Of a DNA stretch of 64,000 bases, positions 1 through 9,471 are shown piece after piece. This DNA comes from a virus. The notes under the pieces were generated by a model. The model saw only the letters and a program-made list of their open reading frames with translations. It was not told the DNA's origin and made no database searches. The position numbers and the translations under genes are program-made. Within the stretch, counting starts at the first letter, position 1, and every line of letters begins with the position of its first letter. The stretch is from the IMG/VR virus record IMGVR_UViG_3300032401_000001, positions 133,793-197,792 of that record; one strand, written 5' to 3'.

Positions 1-60
1 TCTCGGTTTTCTCCTGCGTCAGTGTCCGCGCCGACGCGGCGCAGCGCCTGGTCCGGTCGA

Positions 61-68
61 ATTATAGG
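61..68 (-). promoter_or_regulatory. Putative late -10 element (CCTATAAT) for a gene starting just left of the window
   Basis: Minus strand reads GACCTATAATT, followed by AGGAGA (SD) at 11-16; matches the CCTATACT-type boxes found upstream of other minus-strand genes. Confidence 0.6.
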
Positions 69-98
69 TCGCGGCTGGGGGTTCCACAACGTGACCGG

Positions 99-782
99 TC
101 AGGGCTTGCGCCGCATGACGACTTCGGTGAAGTAGTCGTTCGCGGTGGTGCCGGCAGCTTTGATGCGAACGGCGATCTGCTGGAGCAGGGGCTTGATGGG
201 GACATAGGTCCAGACGACGTTGTACTGGACCTGGAAGTTGATCGGCGTGTTCCAGCACTCGGAGTCCATCTCGTAGGGAATGGTGCGGCCCAGGGTCGGG
301 GGGCTCATATCATGCAGCCCGAAGGTCTTCTGGATGATGTCTGACGAGGCGTGCAGAGTCCACTGTACGATGTCGCCGAGGATGGCACTTTCGCCGCGCC
401 GGGTGGCGACGCATTCGATGATCACGGGCACTGTGGACAAGGCCCACTGCACGTCTTGACTGTTGCGCATCTGGTGGTGCGCGCGATCTCCGACGACCGA
501 CTTGCCGTAGACGCTCTGGTCCTTGTCGACGAAGATGGCGGGTTGCTTGTTGCGCAGCGTGGAGTTGTCGTCGAGCGCGGATTCGATCGTGATGGTGCTG
601 GCCGTCGGATCTTCTTGCCAGATCCAAGTGTCACGGCGGGGGCTGTCAGTTTCCGAGAACCGTTCGCGCAACACGCTGACGTACATGCCAATGATGGCCA
701 GCGGCGAGCCGTCAACGATGTACTGTTGCTGTCCGCTGACGCGGACTGGCGGATACCCGGGGGGAGCGACGGCGCGTCTCAT
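99..782 (-). CDS. Virion neck/tail-completion-like protein
   Basis: 227-aa ORF immediately downstream of the head-closure gene; position in the neck module; no diagnostic motif. Confidence 0.45.
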   Translation of the reverse strand: MRRAVAPPGYPPVRVSGQQQYIVDGSPLAIIGMYVSVLRERFSETDSPRRDTWIWQEDPTASTITIESALDDNSTLRNKQPAIFVDKDQSVYGKSVVGDRAHHQMRNSQDVQWALSTVPVIIECVATRRGESAILGDIVQWTLHASSDIIQKTFGLHDMSPPTLGRTIPYEMDSECWNTPINFQVQYNVVWTYVPIKPLLQQIAVRIKAAGTTANDYFTEVVMRRKP

Positions 783-783
783 G

Positions 784-1632
784 TCAGAACAGCGGCGGAA
801 TCGTCCGCGGGTCTACAGGGATAGTGTACTCGACGGCGCCCCGGGCGAGCAACGATGTCGTGACCACTTGGTGTACAGGTTTACGTACGATTTCCGTCTG
901 GGTTTGGCGCTCGACGGTGTAACGGTTGTCGGTAGCGATCTCGACCAGGAGATCGTCATCCTGCAACAGCGGTACGTCGAGCAACTGGATGTTGTGCTTG
1001 GTCGATTCAACTTTGCCGGGGGTTCCGGTGGCGGCGGTGACGGCCTGCGGCGGGTAAACCCGGCCCACGGTCAAGACGGGGTTCCAGTAACCGCCCTTGA
1101 AGCTGGTACCGTAGCAGATGGGACAGGCTTCACGCGTGACGGCCCGTGTGAGTTTGTCGTAGCAGACATCGCAGCGTTCGCCCCAGCGGCGGCGTTTGAG
1201 GACAGCGAGCTGGACGCCGTTGATGCGGGTCAGCGTGATGCGTTCGTCATAGAGCAGGCGACGACGCAAACCGCGCTGGTGGGGAAGCAGGGTCGCGTCG
1301 GTGCGGTAAAGACCGTGGGGTTCGGTCTGCGCACTGTTGGCACATCCCGAAGGTGGGATGACCGTCACCTGGTAGTAGATCTGGCGCTGCAGGGAGTAGA
1401 GGTGAGCTTTACCGTCGCTGGGCAACGCGGGTTGCACAGTCAGGTCGTCGATGTAGTTGTAGCCGTTCTGCAGACTGGCGGTGAGGATTTCCCACGGTCC
1501 TGCGGATGACCCCGAACGTTCGACTTTGAAGAGGTAACTGCCGCGTTCGGTCGGTTGCAGCAGGTCCCACTGCAGGTAGACGCGTCGTGGATGCAGGGGC
1601 ACTAGCTGGGAGATGCAGATGCCGAGGGCCAC
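784..1632 (-). CDS. Head-closure/neck protein with FN3-like N-terminus and Zn finger
   Basis: RRWGERCDVCYD...CPICYGTSFKGGY..P pattern typical of phage neck/head-closure proteins; lies next to the adaptor. Confidence 0.6.
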   Translation of the reverse strand: MALGICISQLVPLHPRRVYLQWDLLQPTERGSYLFKVERSGSSAGPWEILTASLQNGYNYIDDLTVQPALPSDGKAHLYSLQRQIYYQVTVIPPSGCANSAQTEPHGLYRTDATLLPHQRGLRRRLLYDERITLTRINGVQLAVLKRRRWGERCDVCYDKLTRAVTREACPICYGTSFKGGYWNPVLTVGRVYPPQAVTAATGTPGKVESTKHNIQLLDVPLLQDDDLLVEIATDNRYTVERQTQTEIVRKPVHQVVTTSLLARGAVEYTIPVDPRTIPPLF

Positions 1633-1636
1633 CGGA

Positions 1637-2293
1637 TCACTCCGAGACGAAGCGGACGATGGAGTTCGTGGCGGGGTTCTGCAACCGGCGGTCGTAGTGC
1701 TCCCAGATATTGCCGACGTCGGAGCTGGGGACGTCGTAGAGGGTCATCGCTTGTCGTTGGGGAGTCTGGTCGGGTACCGAGACCTCGGCGCCAGCGTGCG
1801 ACAGTGAGCCACCGCCACCACTGCCAGCGCCGACTTGAGGCTCGTTGTCGCCCGGAATCTGTTCGTGCCGGGTGACTTCGCCGTTCTCACTCGACTGCAG
1901 GTTCCCCTCGAGCAAGCCACGACGGCGGCGTGAAGAGTGCGGCGCCGGGGGTAGACGCCACTCCGGGGCTTCACGCTGGAGGTCCTCCGGGGGACCGCTC
2001 ATGGCACTCTGCTTCGAGAGTACCGGGGTAGCGGGACCAACGGGCGGCGCGCCTTGTTCAGCCGTTGGCGTTGCTGGTAGTTGGTCACGGCGGACGAGGT
2101 CCGGAAAGTCAGCGAGTCCGAGATGTTTGAGCAGGGCTTGGCCAGGATCGACGGGCTGGCCAGTGAGATCGACGTACTTGTCGGCCAGATTCGTGGCGGA
2201 GTCACTTACGGCTAGGCCGGCGATGCCGGCCTGTTTGAGGAGACCCACCGCATGCAGTGCACAGCGGTAGCCGATCGCGTGGAAGTTGCTCAC
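1637..2293 (-). CDS. Putative internal head protein with targeting leader (GTG start, 218 aa)
   Basis: GTGA overlap with the upstream stop; N-terminus SNFHAIGYRCALHAVGLLKQAG matches the shared leader; internal SKQSA. Confidence 0.6.
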   Translation of the reverse strand: MSNFHAIGYRCALHAVGLLKQAGIAGLAVSDSATNLADKYVDLTGQPVDPGQALLKHLGLADFPDLVRRDQLPATPTAEQGAPPVGPATPVLSKQSAMSGPPEDLQREAPEWRLPPAPHSSRRRRGLLEGNLQSSENGEVTRHEQIPGDNEPQVGAGSGGGGSLSHAGAEVSVPDQTPQRQAMTLYDVPSSDVGNIWEHYDRRLQNPATNSIVRFVSE

Positions 2294-2787
2294 AGGTACC
2301 TCCCGCGCCGGCCGATGTACGAGTAGCCGCTGCCGACGAAGCCGTACGCGCTCTCCATGTTCATCTGGTTCTTGATGGCGCGGGCCATCTGCTGCCACTC
2401 GTCACGCAGCGCCTGGGCCAGCGCGACATAGGCGTTGGCCTTCTCGTAGATGCCGCTCGGTGAGACGTCACCGTCCTGGGCGCTGATCTGGTTGCGCAGC
2501 TGATGGAAGCCTTCGCTCATCATCAGGAAGCGCGACGCACCGATGAGTAGCAGATATTCGTTGGGGAAGTTCTCACGGGTGTAGCTACCGATGGGCGTCA
2601 TGCCATTGAAGGCGGAGACGGCCATTTCGATGGAGTTGTCCAGCTCTTCGTCGGTGAACTGGACGGTGTCGAGGATGATGTTGCCCTGCCCGCCGGGCAG
2701 TACGTCCAGCGCGTAGTCGCGCAGGAACATGCGGATCTTCTGTTCCGTGACGACGAACGGCGTAGCGGGAGTCAGGACGACGGGCAT
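2290..2787 (-). CDS. Head-tail adaptor-like protein
   Basis: 165 aa, helical, IRMFLRD...QFTDEEL..SIEMAV pattern; synteny with the head-closure gene. Confidence 0.55.
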   Translation of the reverse strand: MPVVLTPATPFVVTEQKIRMFLRDYALDVLPGGQGNIILDTVQFTDEELDNSIEMAVSAFNGMTPIGSYTRENFPNEYLLLIGASRFLMMSEGFHQLRNQISAQDGDVSPSGIYEKANAYVALAQALRDEWQQMARAIKNQMNMESAYGFVGSGYSYIGRRGRYL

Positions 2788-2789
2788 GA

Positions 2790-2804
2790 CTTTACCTCGT
2801 AAAG
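2790..2804. promoter_or_regulatory. Palindrome CTTTAC-CTC-GTAAAG (copy 1), overlapping the SD of the adaptor gene
   Basis: Minus strand CTTTACGAGGTAAAGTCATG; the GAGGT SD lies within the palindrome. Confidence 0.8.
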
Positions 2805-2806
2805 CG

Positions 2807-3274
2807 CTAGGTGATGCCCGAGTCGAGGCTGAGAATGATGCGTGCTACCATGGCGAGAGTACCGCCGCTGGTGACGATCTTGAGCTTGTCGCCGCGGAAC
2901 AGGTAGAAGCGTTCGTACTCCGTTCGCATGATGTACTGGCTGCTGCTGCCCGTGGCGACTTGAATTACATCGCCGGTACGGGTGACGATGGAGACGGTCC
3001 AGGTCACGGCGCTGCCGAAGTTGGCTGCGATGCCTTCGACGCAGACGGGGAAGGTCTGCTGCCACTCGAAGAGACCGCCCTTGTCGCCGGCGATCTTCGT
3101 GACGTCGTTCGCTTGTTTGTAGCGGGCGACGCAGTCTTCGGTATCGAAGTAGGGTGCGAATGCGACGCCAGCCAGTGACGGGGCTTCGCCGGTGAACTGG
3201 GAGCCCGCCTTGATGCGCTGTTCGAGGCAGGTGGCGACAGTCTGGATCTCGACAGCGTCTTTCTTGAACTCCAT
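2807..3274 (-). CDS. Hypothetical virion protein
   Basis: 155-aa ORF with phage-like codon usage and SD GGAGAAG. Confidence 0.6.
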   Translation of the reverse strand: MEFKKDAVEIQTVATCLEQRIKAGSQFTGEAPSLAGVAFAPYFDTEDCVARYKQANDVTKIAGDKGGLFEWQQTFPVCVEGIAANFGSAVTWTVSIVTRTGDVIQVATGSSSQYIMRTEYERFYLFRGDKLKIVTSGGTLAMVARIILSLDSGIT

Positions 3275-3288
3275 GAGTCTTCTCCGTC

Positions 3289-3855
3289 CTAGGGGACGAT
3301 CACCTGCTGCGTGTTGGGACCGAAGGCCCCCGGTTTGAAAAACTGGATCACGTAGGTGAAGCCCGCTTCGACTGTGATGGGTTGATTCCAGCGTCCGTCA
3401 GTACCGGTCGACGTGGTACCGACGGCGGCTGCGTAGTTGCCGAGGTCGAAGTCGATTTTCTTCCAGATGCGGATCTGAACTCCGACCAGTGGGTGATTGT
3501 CGGGGTCGATCGGCTGCAGTTCGTTTACCCCGCCGTAGTCCTGGTTGAGGACGACGGTGTTGGGAAATGGCGGTGGCGTGGTCGACTCGGAAGGTTGAAA
3601 CGGATCTGACCAGCCGCTCGGATTGCCGTCGGTGTCGACGGCGCGTTCGCGATACCACAGCGTGGTGCTGCCGGTGGCATCGACGTAGAAGAAGCGGTTC
3701 GAGGTTGGGTCGTAGTCCGGTCCTGGAATGACGTGCGCAATGCTGACCAGGTCGGTCCAGGTGCCGGGTACACCAGCAACGTCCGGTGCCCGCTGCCAGT
3801 CGTAGCGGGAGATGTCCGACTCGGTGTTCGGCAGCCAGGTCAGTCGGATGCTCAC
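3289..3855 (-). CDS. Virion protein with FN3/Ig-like domains
   Basis: N-terminal IRLTWLPNTESDISRY...LWYRERAVDTDGNPSGWS FN3-like pattern. Confidence 0.55.
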   Translation of the reverse strand: MSIRLTWLPNTESDISRYDWQRAPDVAGVPGTWTDLVSIAHVIPGPDYDPTSNRFFYVDATGSTTLWYRERAVDTDGNPSGWSDPFQPSESTTPPPFPNTVVLNQDYGGVNELQPIDPDNHPLVGVQIRIWKKIDFDLGNYAAAVGTTSTGTDGRWNQPITVEAGFTYVIQFFKPGAFGPNTQQVIVP

Positions 3856-4172
3856 GACGCATCACCTCGAGGATCACGCGGGGTTGCCGGCGGTTCGGTG
3901 CCGACGACTTCGCTTCCTTCTGTACCATGCGGCACAGTCGGCGGTTCAATTGTAGTGTCGATCCCCGTCGGACCACAAGGTACGTGCGGAGGTCCGGCGC
4001 CGCTGGCTTCCATGCCAATGGGGACGTGCGGCGGCACCGGTTCGGCGATGCCTTCTGGGGCGCAGGGGCGGTGCGGCAGAGGTCCGTAGTGCCCTTCAGG
4101 GTCGTCTGGGGCGCGGATTTCTTGGAGGTTGATGTACCCCAGCATGCCATCGGTGATGAGGGAGATGGTCAT
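3852..4172 (-). CDS. Pro-rich hypothetical protein
   Basis: Overlaps both neighbours by 4 nt; repeated PHxP.G.E units. Confidence 0.55.
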   Translation of the reverse strand: MTISLITDGMLGYINLQEIRAPDDPEGHYGPLPHRPCAPEGIAEPVPPHVPIGMEASGAGPPHVPCGPTGIDTTIEPPTVPHGTEGSEVVGTEPPATPRDPRGDAS

Positions 4173-4894
4173 GCGTCACGTACCGAACGCGCGGTGGCTG
4201 CACGTTCGATGTGACCGGGGATCTCAGTGGTCATGAATGCGTAGACGGCTAGTTCGCCTTCACCGGTACCGCCGGCTGTGGCGGCCAACGCGGTGGCTTT
4301 GTCGGGGAAGATGCGGACGCGGCCGCTGATCATGAGGCCGCGGGTGTTGTAGGTCATCTCGTCGATGAAGTAGTTCTCTTTCTGCAAGGCCAGAATGCGC
4401 CGCACCGCATCACCAAAAGATCCGGCGATGACGTGCGCGAGTTGCGTTTCATCCCAGACAGCGGCGGCGACGCTACCGGGCAAGGCCTTGATCTTGTCGG
4501 CGAGCCAGCCGAGGCGAATTTCAAAGCCGACGGGCAAACCGGGAGCGTCGCTCTCGACGTCTTGCAGAACCACGACTTCGTAGATGTCGGTGGCGACGGC
4601 GTTGACGATGGCGCCGGTGTTGAGCCCCTTCACGTGAGGTGCTGTGTTGAGCTCATAGATGCCGGGGCTGTAGATCGGGTCGACTTCGATCAGCGGCAGT
4701 AGCAACTGGCCGACGGCGCCACCCGCCTTGAAGCTGTTGTCAGCCCAGTCGAGATAGAGGTCGTCATTGATGCGGCGAACACGGAGCTTGATACTGGTCT
4801 TGCCGATCAGGGGTAGTCCATCGAGGCCGAAGATCTGTACCTCGACGGGTTCGGTCTCGCCAAACGGCAGATTGACGGACTCACCGCCGTACAT
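4169..4894 (-). CDS. Hypothetical virion protein
   Basis: 241-aa ORF; no SD, but a TAGAAT box lies 6 nt upstream. Confidence 0.6.
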   Translation of the reverse strand: MYGGESVNLPFGETEPVEVQIFGLDGLPLIGKTSIKLRVRRINDDLYLDWADNSFKAGGAVGQLLLPLIEVDPIYSPGIYELNTAPHVKGLNTGAIVNAVATDIYEVVVLQDVESDAPGLPVGFEIRLGWLADKIKALPGSVAAAVWDETQLAHVIAGSFGDAVRRILALQKENYFIDEMTYNTRGLMISGRVRIFPDKATALAATAGGTGEGELAVYAFMTTEIPGHIERAATARSVRDA

Positions 4895-4900
4895 GCGCCC

Positions 4901-4906
4901 ATTCTA
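4901..4906 (-). promoter_or_regulatory. Putative -10 (TAGAAT), leaderless configuration
   Basis: 6 nt separate the box from the ATG at 4894. Confidence 0.45.
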
Positions 4907-5254
4907 CTACTTCCCGGCAGTGTTCGCGCCGTTGTTGCCGTGACGATGACGGATCCGGTCGTAGACGCGGGCGGCAGCGGCCGTAGCCGTCTTGACGGCG
5001 GCGCTGGCGATTTCAGCTTGGGCCAGTGCGCGGGCGGTCTTGCCGTTGCCCCGCAACTGCTTCTGTGTCAACAGGGCTTGCTTCAGGACTTCAGGATCGA
5101 GGATTTGCTTGCCCACCATGAAGAGGCCCAGTAGTTCGTCAGGTGAGACTTGTTGACGTTCCTGGATGGCGGCCTTGAGTTGTTGCGCGGTGATCACACC
5201 AGTGGTGACGAGGATGCAACCGATCGAAGTGGGGTCGTCTGCTGGGTCTATCAC
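4907..5254 (-). CDS. Small protein with degenerate tandem MshEN/GspE-N-like motifs
   Basis: GTG start after AGGAGG; SIGCILVTTGVITAQQLKAAIQER and LLGLFMVGKQILDPEVLKQALLTQ resemble the RLGxxLLxxGLIxxxxLxxxLxxQ repeat. Confidence 0.5.
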   Translation of the reverse strand: MIDPADDPTSIGCILVTTGVITAQQLKAAIQERQQVSPDELLGLFMVGKQILDPEVLKQALLTQKQLRGNGKTARALAQAEIASAAVKTATAAAARVYDRIRHRHGNNGANTAGK

Positions 5255-5264
5255 GCAGCACCTC

Positions 5265-5522
5265 CTACCCCTCTTTTCGTTTGATGCCAGCCAGGTCGCG
5301 TTCGACATCGTCGAGGTTGTGTTCGATGCCTTCGAGGGTACGGTTGAACTCGGTCATCGCCTTGGTCATGTCGGTGAAGAGATCGAAAGCTCGATCCGTG
5401 AGTTTCTCGCGGGCCTTGCGTTCGAAGTAGTAGAGCACCAGGAGGAGCGCCGCGATGAGTCCACCGACGGGACCAATCTTGTCGGCGAACTGCTTTACCA
5501 GGTAAAGGAAGAAGGATTCCAT
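5265..5522 (-). CDS. Holin-like membrane protein (single TMD plus coiled coil)
   Basis: 85 aa; hydrophobic IGPVGGLIAALLLVLYYF followed by a charged coiled-coil tail. Confidence 0.5.
   Translation of the reverse strand: MESFFLYLVKQFADKIGPVGGLIAALLLVLYYFERKAREKLTDRAFDLFTDMTKAMTEFNRTLEGIEHNLDDVERDLAGIKRKEG
5493..5507. promoter_or_regulatory. Palindrome CTTTAC-CAG-GTAAAG (copy 2)
   Basis: Lies in codons 6-10 of the holin-like gene and forces AT-rich codons CTT/GTA. Confidence 0.75.
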
Positions 5523-5574
5523 AGCGCAGCACTCGCACGTGGGTAGGGGTGGTGCAGCACATGCCTCTCCCTTC

Positions 5575-5582
5575 AGTATAGG
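5575..5582 (-). promoter_or_regulatory. Putative late -10 element CCTATACT
   Basis: Intergenic, about 50 nt upstream of the holin-like start. Confidence 0.6.
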
Positions 5583-5618
5583 CTGCGCGGGTGCATCTAT
5601 GGAAGGTGGAAGCTGGAA

Positions 5619-5996
5619 CTACGTGGTGGGTGGTGTAGGTTCCTTGTCGCTGGCTTCCATGATGGCGTCGAGGAACGGCAGCAGCTGGGGCATGACCGCG
5701 GCGTGGTAGCCATACTGGCCGCTGGGGTTCTCGACCAGGTCGTGCAGCCGCTTCCAGTCTTCTTCGGCGAGCTGGACCACGGCTCCGGGTTGCGTCTTCT
5801 CGAAGGCCCGGTCGATGGCCTTGGCCGCTTTGATGGCCTTGTAGTTCTCGGCCCACTTCGGGTTGAAGAGGAGCTTGCCGATGAAGTCGTAGAAGACGAC
5901 GGGCTTGACGATGCCCTTCTCGTCTTTCAGCGGGTCCTTGGTGGTGGGCTCGAGCAGGGTGATGGCGGCGGGGATGGTGATGTACTTGAGCGGCAT
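5619..5996 (-). CDS. Possible fibre assembly chaperone
   Basis: 125 aa from the ATG after GAGGAGG; directly follows the fibre genes. Confidence 0.4.
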   Translation of the reverse strand: MPLKYITIPAAITLLEPTTKDPLKDEKGIVKPVVFYDFIGKLLFNPKWAENYKAIKAAKAIDRAFEKTQPGAVVQLAEEDWKRLHDLVENPSGQYGYHAAVMPQLLPFLDAIMEASDKEPTPPTT

Positions 5997-6086
5997 GAGT
6001 CGGCCTCCTCTGTGCATGTGATTGCTAAGTCGTTTGGTGAACGTCACGGAAGGAGTTTATCTGACCGACAACGTGGAATGCAAGCG

Positions 6087-6779
6087 TTACGACGCGAGGC
6101 CGTAGCCCTGCTCGTCGTCGATGAGGGCGTTGACGACTTGCTTCACGTTCTCGAGGTCAGCCCGCAGCGCGTTGACCTGGGCGCCGAGGGATGCCACGGC
6201 GTCCTTGGTCGCGTTCTCGCAGCCGGACCCGCCACCCGTGATCGCCGCCAGCGTGGTTCCCGGCGTGCCCCCGGAGCTGTCCGTGAGTGTGGCCGAGGTC
6301 AGGTTGCTCTGCGTCCGGGCCGCCGTGGAGTAGGTCTGGGTGTAGGCACCCGCCTGCACGACAGCGGTGGCTCCCAAGAAGCCGAGCTTGCCGCCCGACT
6401 TGCCCAGGTTCACCTCGGCCGCCGCTGCCCCGATGTTGACCTTGCCGTAGACCCCGGCTCCATCTTTGGCGCCGACGTCGAGGTTGAGATCCCCTGAACC
6501 CAGCCCCGAAGATCCCGAGGCGTCTCCGGTCTTGATGGTCAGGCTCCGGAGGCTGTCGTTGTTCTCGATCTTGAGAACCCGATTGGCGCCCGAGACCAGT
6601 GTGACGTCGGCTACGTCGATGAGCTTCTGATCATTGACGGAGATGTCCCCCGACGCCGCAGCCAGGATGTCCTTGGGGAGCACCTGCTCCCAGTCGGTGT
6701 TCCCGCTGTTGCGCTTGAGCACCCCGTTGCCGATGTCGGTCCCGAGCTCGGTGATGACTCCAAGAAGGACGGTCTTCAT
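6087..6779 (-). CDS. Fibre/whisker-like virion protein
   Basis: Gly-rich beta repeats with a C-terminal coiled coil (LGAQVNALRADLENVKQVVNAL). Confidence 0.5.
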   Translation of the reverse strand: MKTVLLGVITELGTDIGNGVLKRNSGNTDWEQVLPKDILAAASGDISVNDQKLIDVADVTLVSGANRVLKIENNDSLRSLTIKTGDASGSSGLGSGDLNLDVGAKDGAGVYGKVNIGAAAAEVNLGKSGGKLGFLGATAVVQAGAYTQTYSTAARTQSNLTSATLTDSSGGTPGTTLAAITGGGSGCENATKDAVASLGAQVNALRADLENVKQVVNALIDDEQGYGLAS

Positions 6780-6790
6780 GGTGATCTCCT

Positions 6791-9427
6791 CTAGGCGTTG
6801 CCTGAGACGGCCTGCATCGTGACGGTGCCGGCCCAGTTGATGGTGACGCTGCTCTTGCCGGTGACCTTGACCTCGACGTCGTTGGTGTTGACGTTGACGC
6901 CCACGTCCCAGTCGGCGTCGGTCTCTTCCGAGAACAGCTCGATGACGTTGCCGAGTACGGCACCACCCGGATTCTGCCGGTAGACGTAGAACGTCCGTCC
7001 GTAGTAGGCCCGCTCGACGCCGGCGGTGTCACGGCCGATGACGCGGACCTCGACCCAGTACAGGGTATCGTCGGCCAGGGTCTTGGACCAGAGCACCGCC
7101 GGAGTGACCGTCGTGGTCTGGATGGCCCGAGTCTCGGGGATGAAGCCGCTGCCGGCGAAGGCCGAGTGGTTCTTGAAGGTGACGCCGCCGGTGAAGGTGT
7201 GGGCGCCGGTCCAGGTCGGGATGACGGCCTGGTCGAGCGTGAGGGTGCGATTGGCCGAGAGATCACCGCCACCCGAGAGCCCGGTGCCGGTCGAGACCGA
7301 GCGCGTCTCGAAGACGAAGGCGCTGCGGACGGTGCCCGTGGTGATGGTCCCGTAGAACTTGTCGGAGAGGAACTCGATGGCTCCCGCTTCGGGCGCGGTC
7401 ATCAGGTCGCCGGAGGTGAGCTTCAGCGGCGCGGTGCTGGCAGCGGTGGTGCCGGCCTTGAGGTGCAGGACGGCAGTGGGGCTGGTGAGGCCGATGCCGA
7501 CCTTGCCCGCGTTGTCGATGGTCACCAGCGGATCTACGCTAGACCCGTTCCACTTCGAGAACACCGCCACGTTGGGGCCAGAAGGCCAGGCCGCTGGGGT
7601 GTCCATCGTACCGCCGTGGGCGCGATACTCGAAGGCCGAGGAGCCACTAGAGGGATTGTAGCTGCTGAACTGAGTGCCGTTCCCACCCGAGCCGGTGCGC
7701 GTACCCGAGAACAACAGTCCGCCGGCTCCTGCGGTACTTGGCTCGGAGATACGAGCTACCTCGATCCGCGTGCCCCCCGAGGCGTAGTTGAAGCCCTGGA
7801 AGAAGATGTTGTCGGTATTCGAGATGGCGGAAGAGCGAATGGTGCCAAGAACCTCAAGCTCCTGGTTGGGACTATTCGTGCCGATGCCGACCAAGCCCGT
7901 AGACTTGATCCACATCTTCGTAATTTCACTCCCTGCCGTGCAGGTGGAGAAGGTCAAGTCGCCGGTGTTGTCTGCTCCGGCACGGAGAGCCTGGATACTC
8001 GCGATGAGGTTCAGGTCTCCGGCCGAGTCTCGGATTGCGAACCCGAGGCCCGCGCCGAATCCATCCACCATGTCGGCGGTGGTTCGGTGCACCGCGTGGA
8101 GCCCGGTGAGGCAGAGATTGGTCGAAGAACTGGTCCGTGTCCCTTGGATCACAGGGACGCCAGAGCTACGAACTTCCAGCGCGGCTCCTGGGTCGATACA
8201 GCCGATGCCGACCTTGCCATCGGAGGTGACCCGCATCTTCTCCGTGCCGACACCCGCAGCAATCGTGTGGACTGCGAAGTCGCCGGTGTCGTCAGTACTG
8301 GTACGAATACCCTGGAGTGAGACCACTGCGTTGGACACTCCGGCGCTGTCCCGGACGAGGAACGTCAGGCTGGAGCCGAATCCGCTGACCATGTCCCCGG
8401 AGGTGCGGTGTTCAATCCCGATGCCAGTGGCTACTGAGTTCGTCACGGCACTGGTGCGGGTGCCTTGGATGGCGGGGTAGCTGTCGTTGCGCACTTCCAG
8501 GGTGCGGACGGGGTCGATGCAGCCGATGCCGACCTTGCTCGTCGTGAGGATAGTCATGGCAGGCACAGCATCGGCCGGTATTCCATCGCTCACGAGGAAG
8601 TACAACGGGAGTGCCGTAGCTGATCCGTTCTTCACGGAGCCGATGAACGCCCCCGGCAGCGTGTTGTGAACCCAACCTATCGTCGGGGCTATGCCGCAGG
8701 AGAACATCGGGCTGTTGCCACTATCGTTGTTGGCGAAGAAGTCGAAGATCCGGTTCTTGTTGGAACCAGTCAACGGCTTCATTGCAAACGACACGTTGGC
8801 GATGTCGCTACGGAAAGAGAACACGCCGGTTGACGACACCAGCGCAAGGAGGTTTCCGCTGGCGTCGATCCACTGCTGCACATCATCGGTGCTGACACCT
8901 TTGACTGACAACCGGGCTGCGGGGCTGGCCGTGCCGATGCCGACCTTGCCGTCAGAGGTGATCCGCATCCTCTCAGTGAGCACCGTCGGTGCCGCATCGG
9001 TCCCCGTCCAGAAGGTGAGGCGCCCTGGTACGCGGGTCGTGGCCACAGTGCCTTCTGAGGTCGCCTTGATGGCCGCGCCCACCACGTAGCCACCCGCCCC
9101 CGAGTAGCCGGCGAAGCTGATCATGCCCAGGTCATCAGCGGTCGTGATGACGGTCGGCGCGGCGAGGGTGCCCCGAGCCTTCTTGATGGTCAGGTCGGGC
9201 GCATCGGTGTCACCGTACGCTTGCTCCAGCGTCAGGATGGTGCCGCCCGTGGCTCCCGAGGCGAAGTGGCCCAGCGTAGCTGGCGTGAGCGTCCCTACCC
9301 CCAGCTTGCCGCCGACGTAGGCGTCGCCGACCGTCTGGAGGATGCCGACCTTGCAGGTGTCGGCGTCGAGGAACTGCGCCAGGCCCGGAGCCGAAGCGGG
9401 GGAGTAGACTGGATATGCGGTCGCCAT
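6791..9427 (-). CDS. Long tail/head fibre protein
   Basis: 878 aa; multiple GKVGIGT..P..L.V fibre repeats; ~107-aa internal duplication; beta-sandwich C-terminus. Confidence 0.75.
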   Translation of the reverse strand: MATAYPVYSPASAPGLAQFLDADTCKVGILQTVGDAYVGGKLGVGTLTPATLGHFASGATGGTILTLEQAYGDTDAPDLTIKKARGTLAAPTVITTADDLGMISFAGYSGAGGYVVGAAIKATSEGTVATTRVPGRLTFWTGTDAAPTVLTERMRITSDGKVGIGTASPAARLSVKGVSTDDVQQWIDASGNLLALVSSTGVFSFRSDIANVSFAMKPLTGSNKNRIFDFFANNDSGNSPMFSCGIAPTIGWVHNTLPGAFIGSVKNGSATALPLYFLVSDGIPADAVPAMTILTTSKVGIGCIDPVRTLEVRNDSYPAIQGTRTSAVTNSVATGIGIEHRTSGDMVSGFGSSLTFLVRDSAGVSNAVVSLQGIRTSTDDTGDFAVHTIAAGVGTEKMRVTSDGKVGIGCIDPGAALEVRSSGVPVIQGTRTSSSTNLCLTGLHAVHRTTADMVDGFGAGLGFAIRDSAGDLNLIASIQALRAGADNTGDLTFSTCTAGSEITKMWIKSTGLVGIGTNSPNQELEVLGTIRSSAISNTDNIFFQGFNYASGGTRIEVARISEPSTAGAGGLLFSGTRTGSGGNGTQFSSYNPSSGSSAFEYRAHGGTMDTPAAWPSGPNVAVFSKWNGSSVDPLVTIDNAGKVGIGLTSPTAVLHLKAGTTAASTAPLKLTSGDLMTAPEAGAIEFLSDKFYGTITTGTVRSAFVFETRSVSTGTGLSGGGDLSANRTLTLDQAVIPTWTGAHTFTGGVTFKNHSAFAGSGFIPETRAIQTTTVTPAVLWSKTLADDTLYWVEVRVIGRDTAGVERAYYGRTFYVYRQNPGGAVLGNVIELFSEETDADWDVGVNVNTNDVEVKVTGKSSVTINWAGTVTMQAVSGNA

Positions 9428-9471
9428 CAGTTCACCTCTCTGGAAGCACGCCGGTTCGCCATGTCAGTGTC

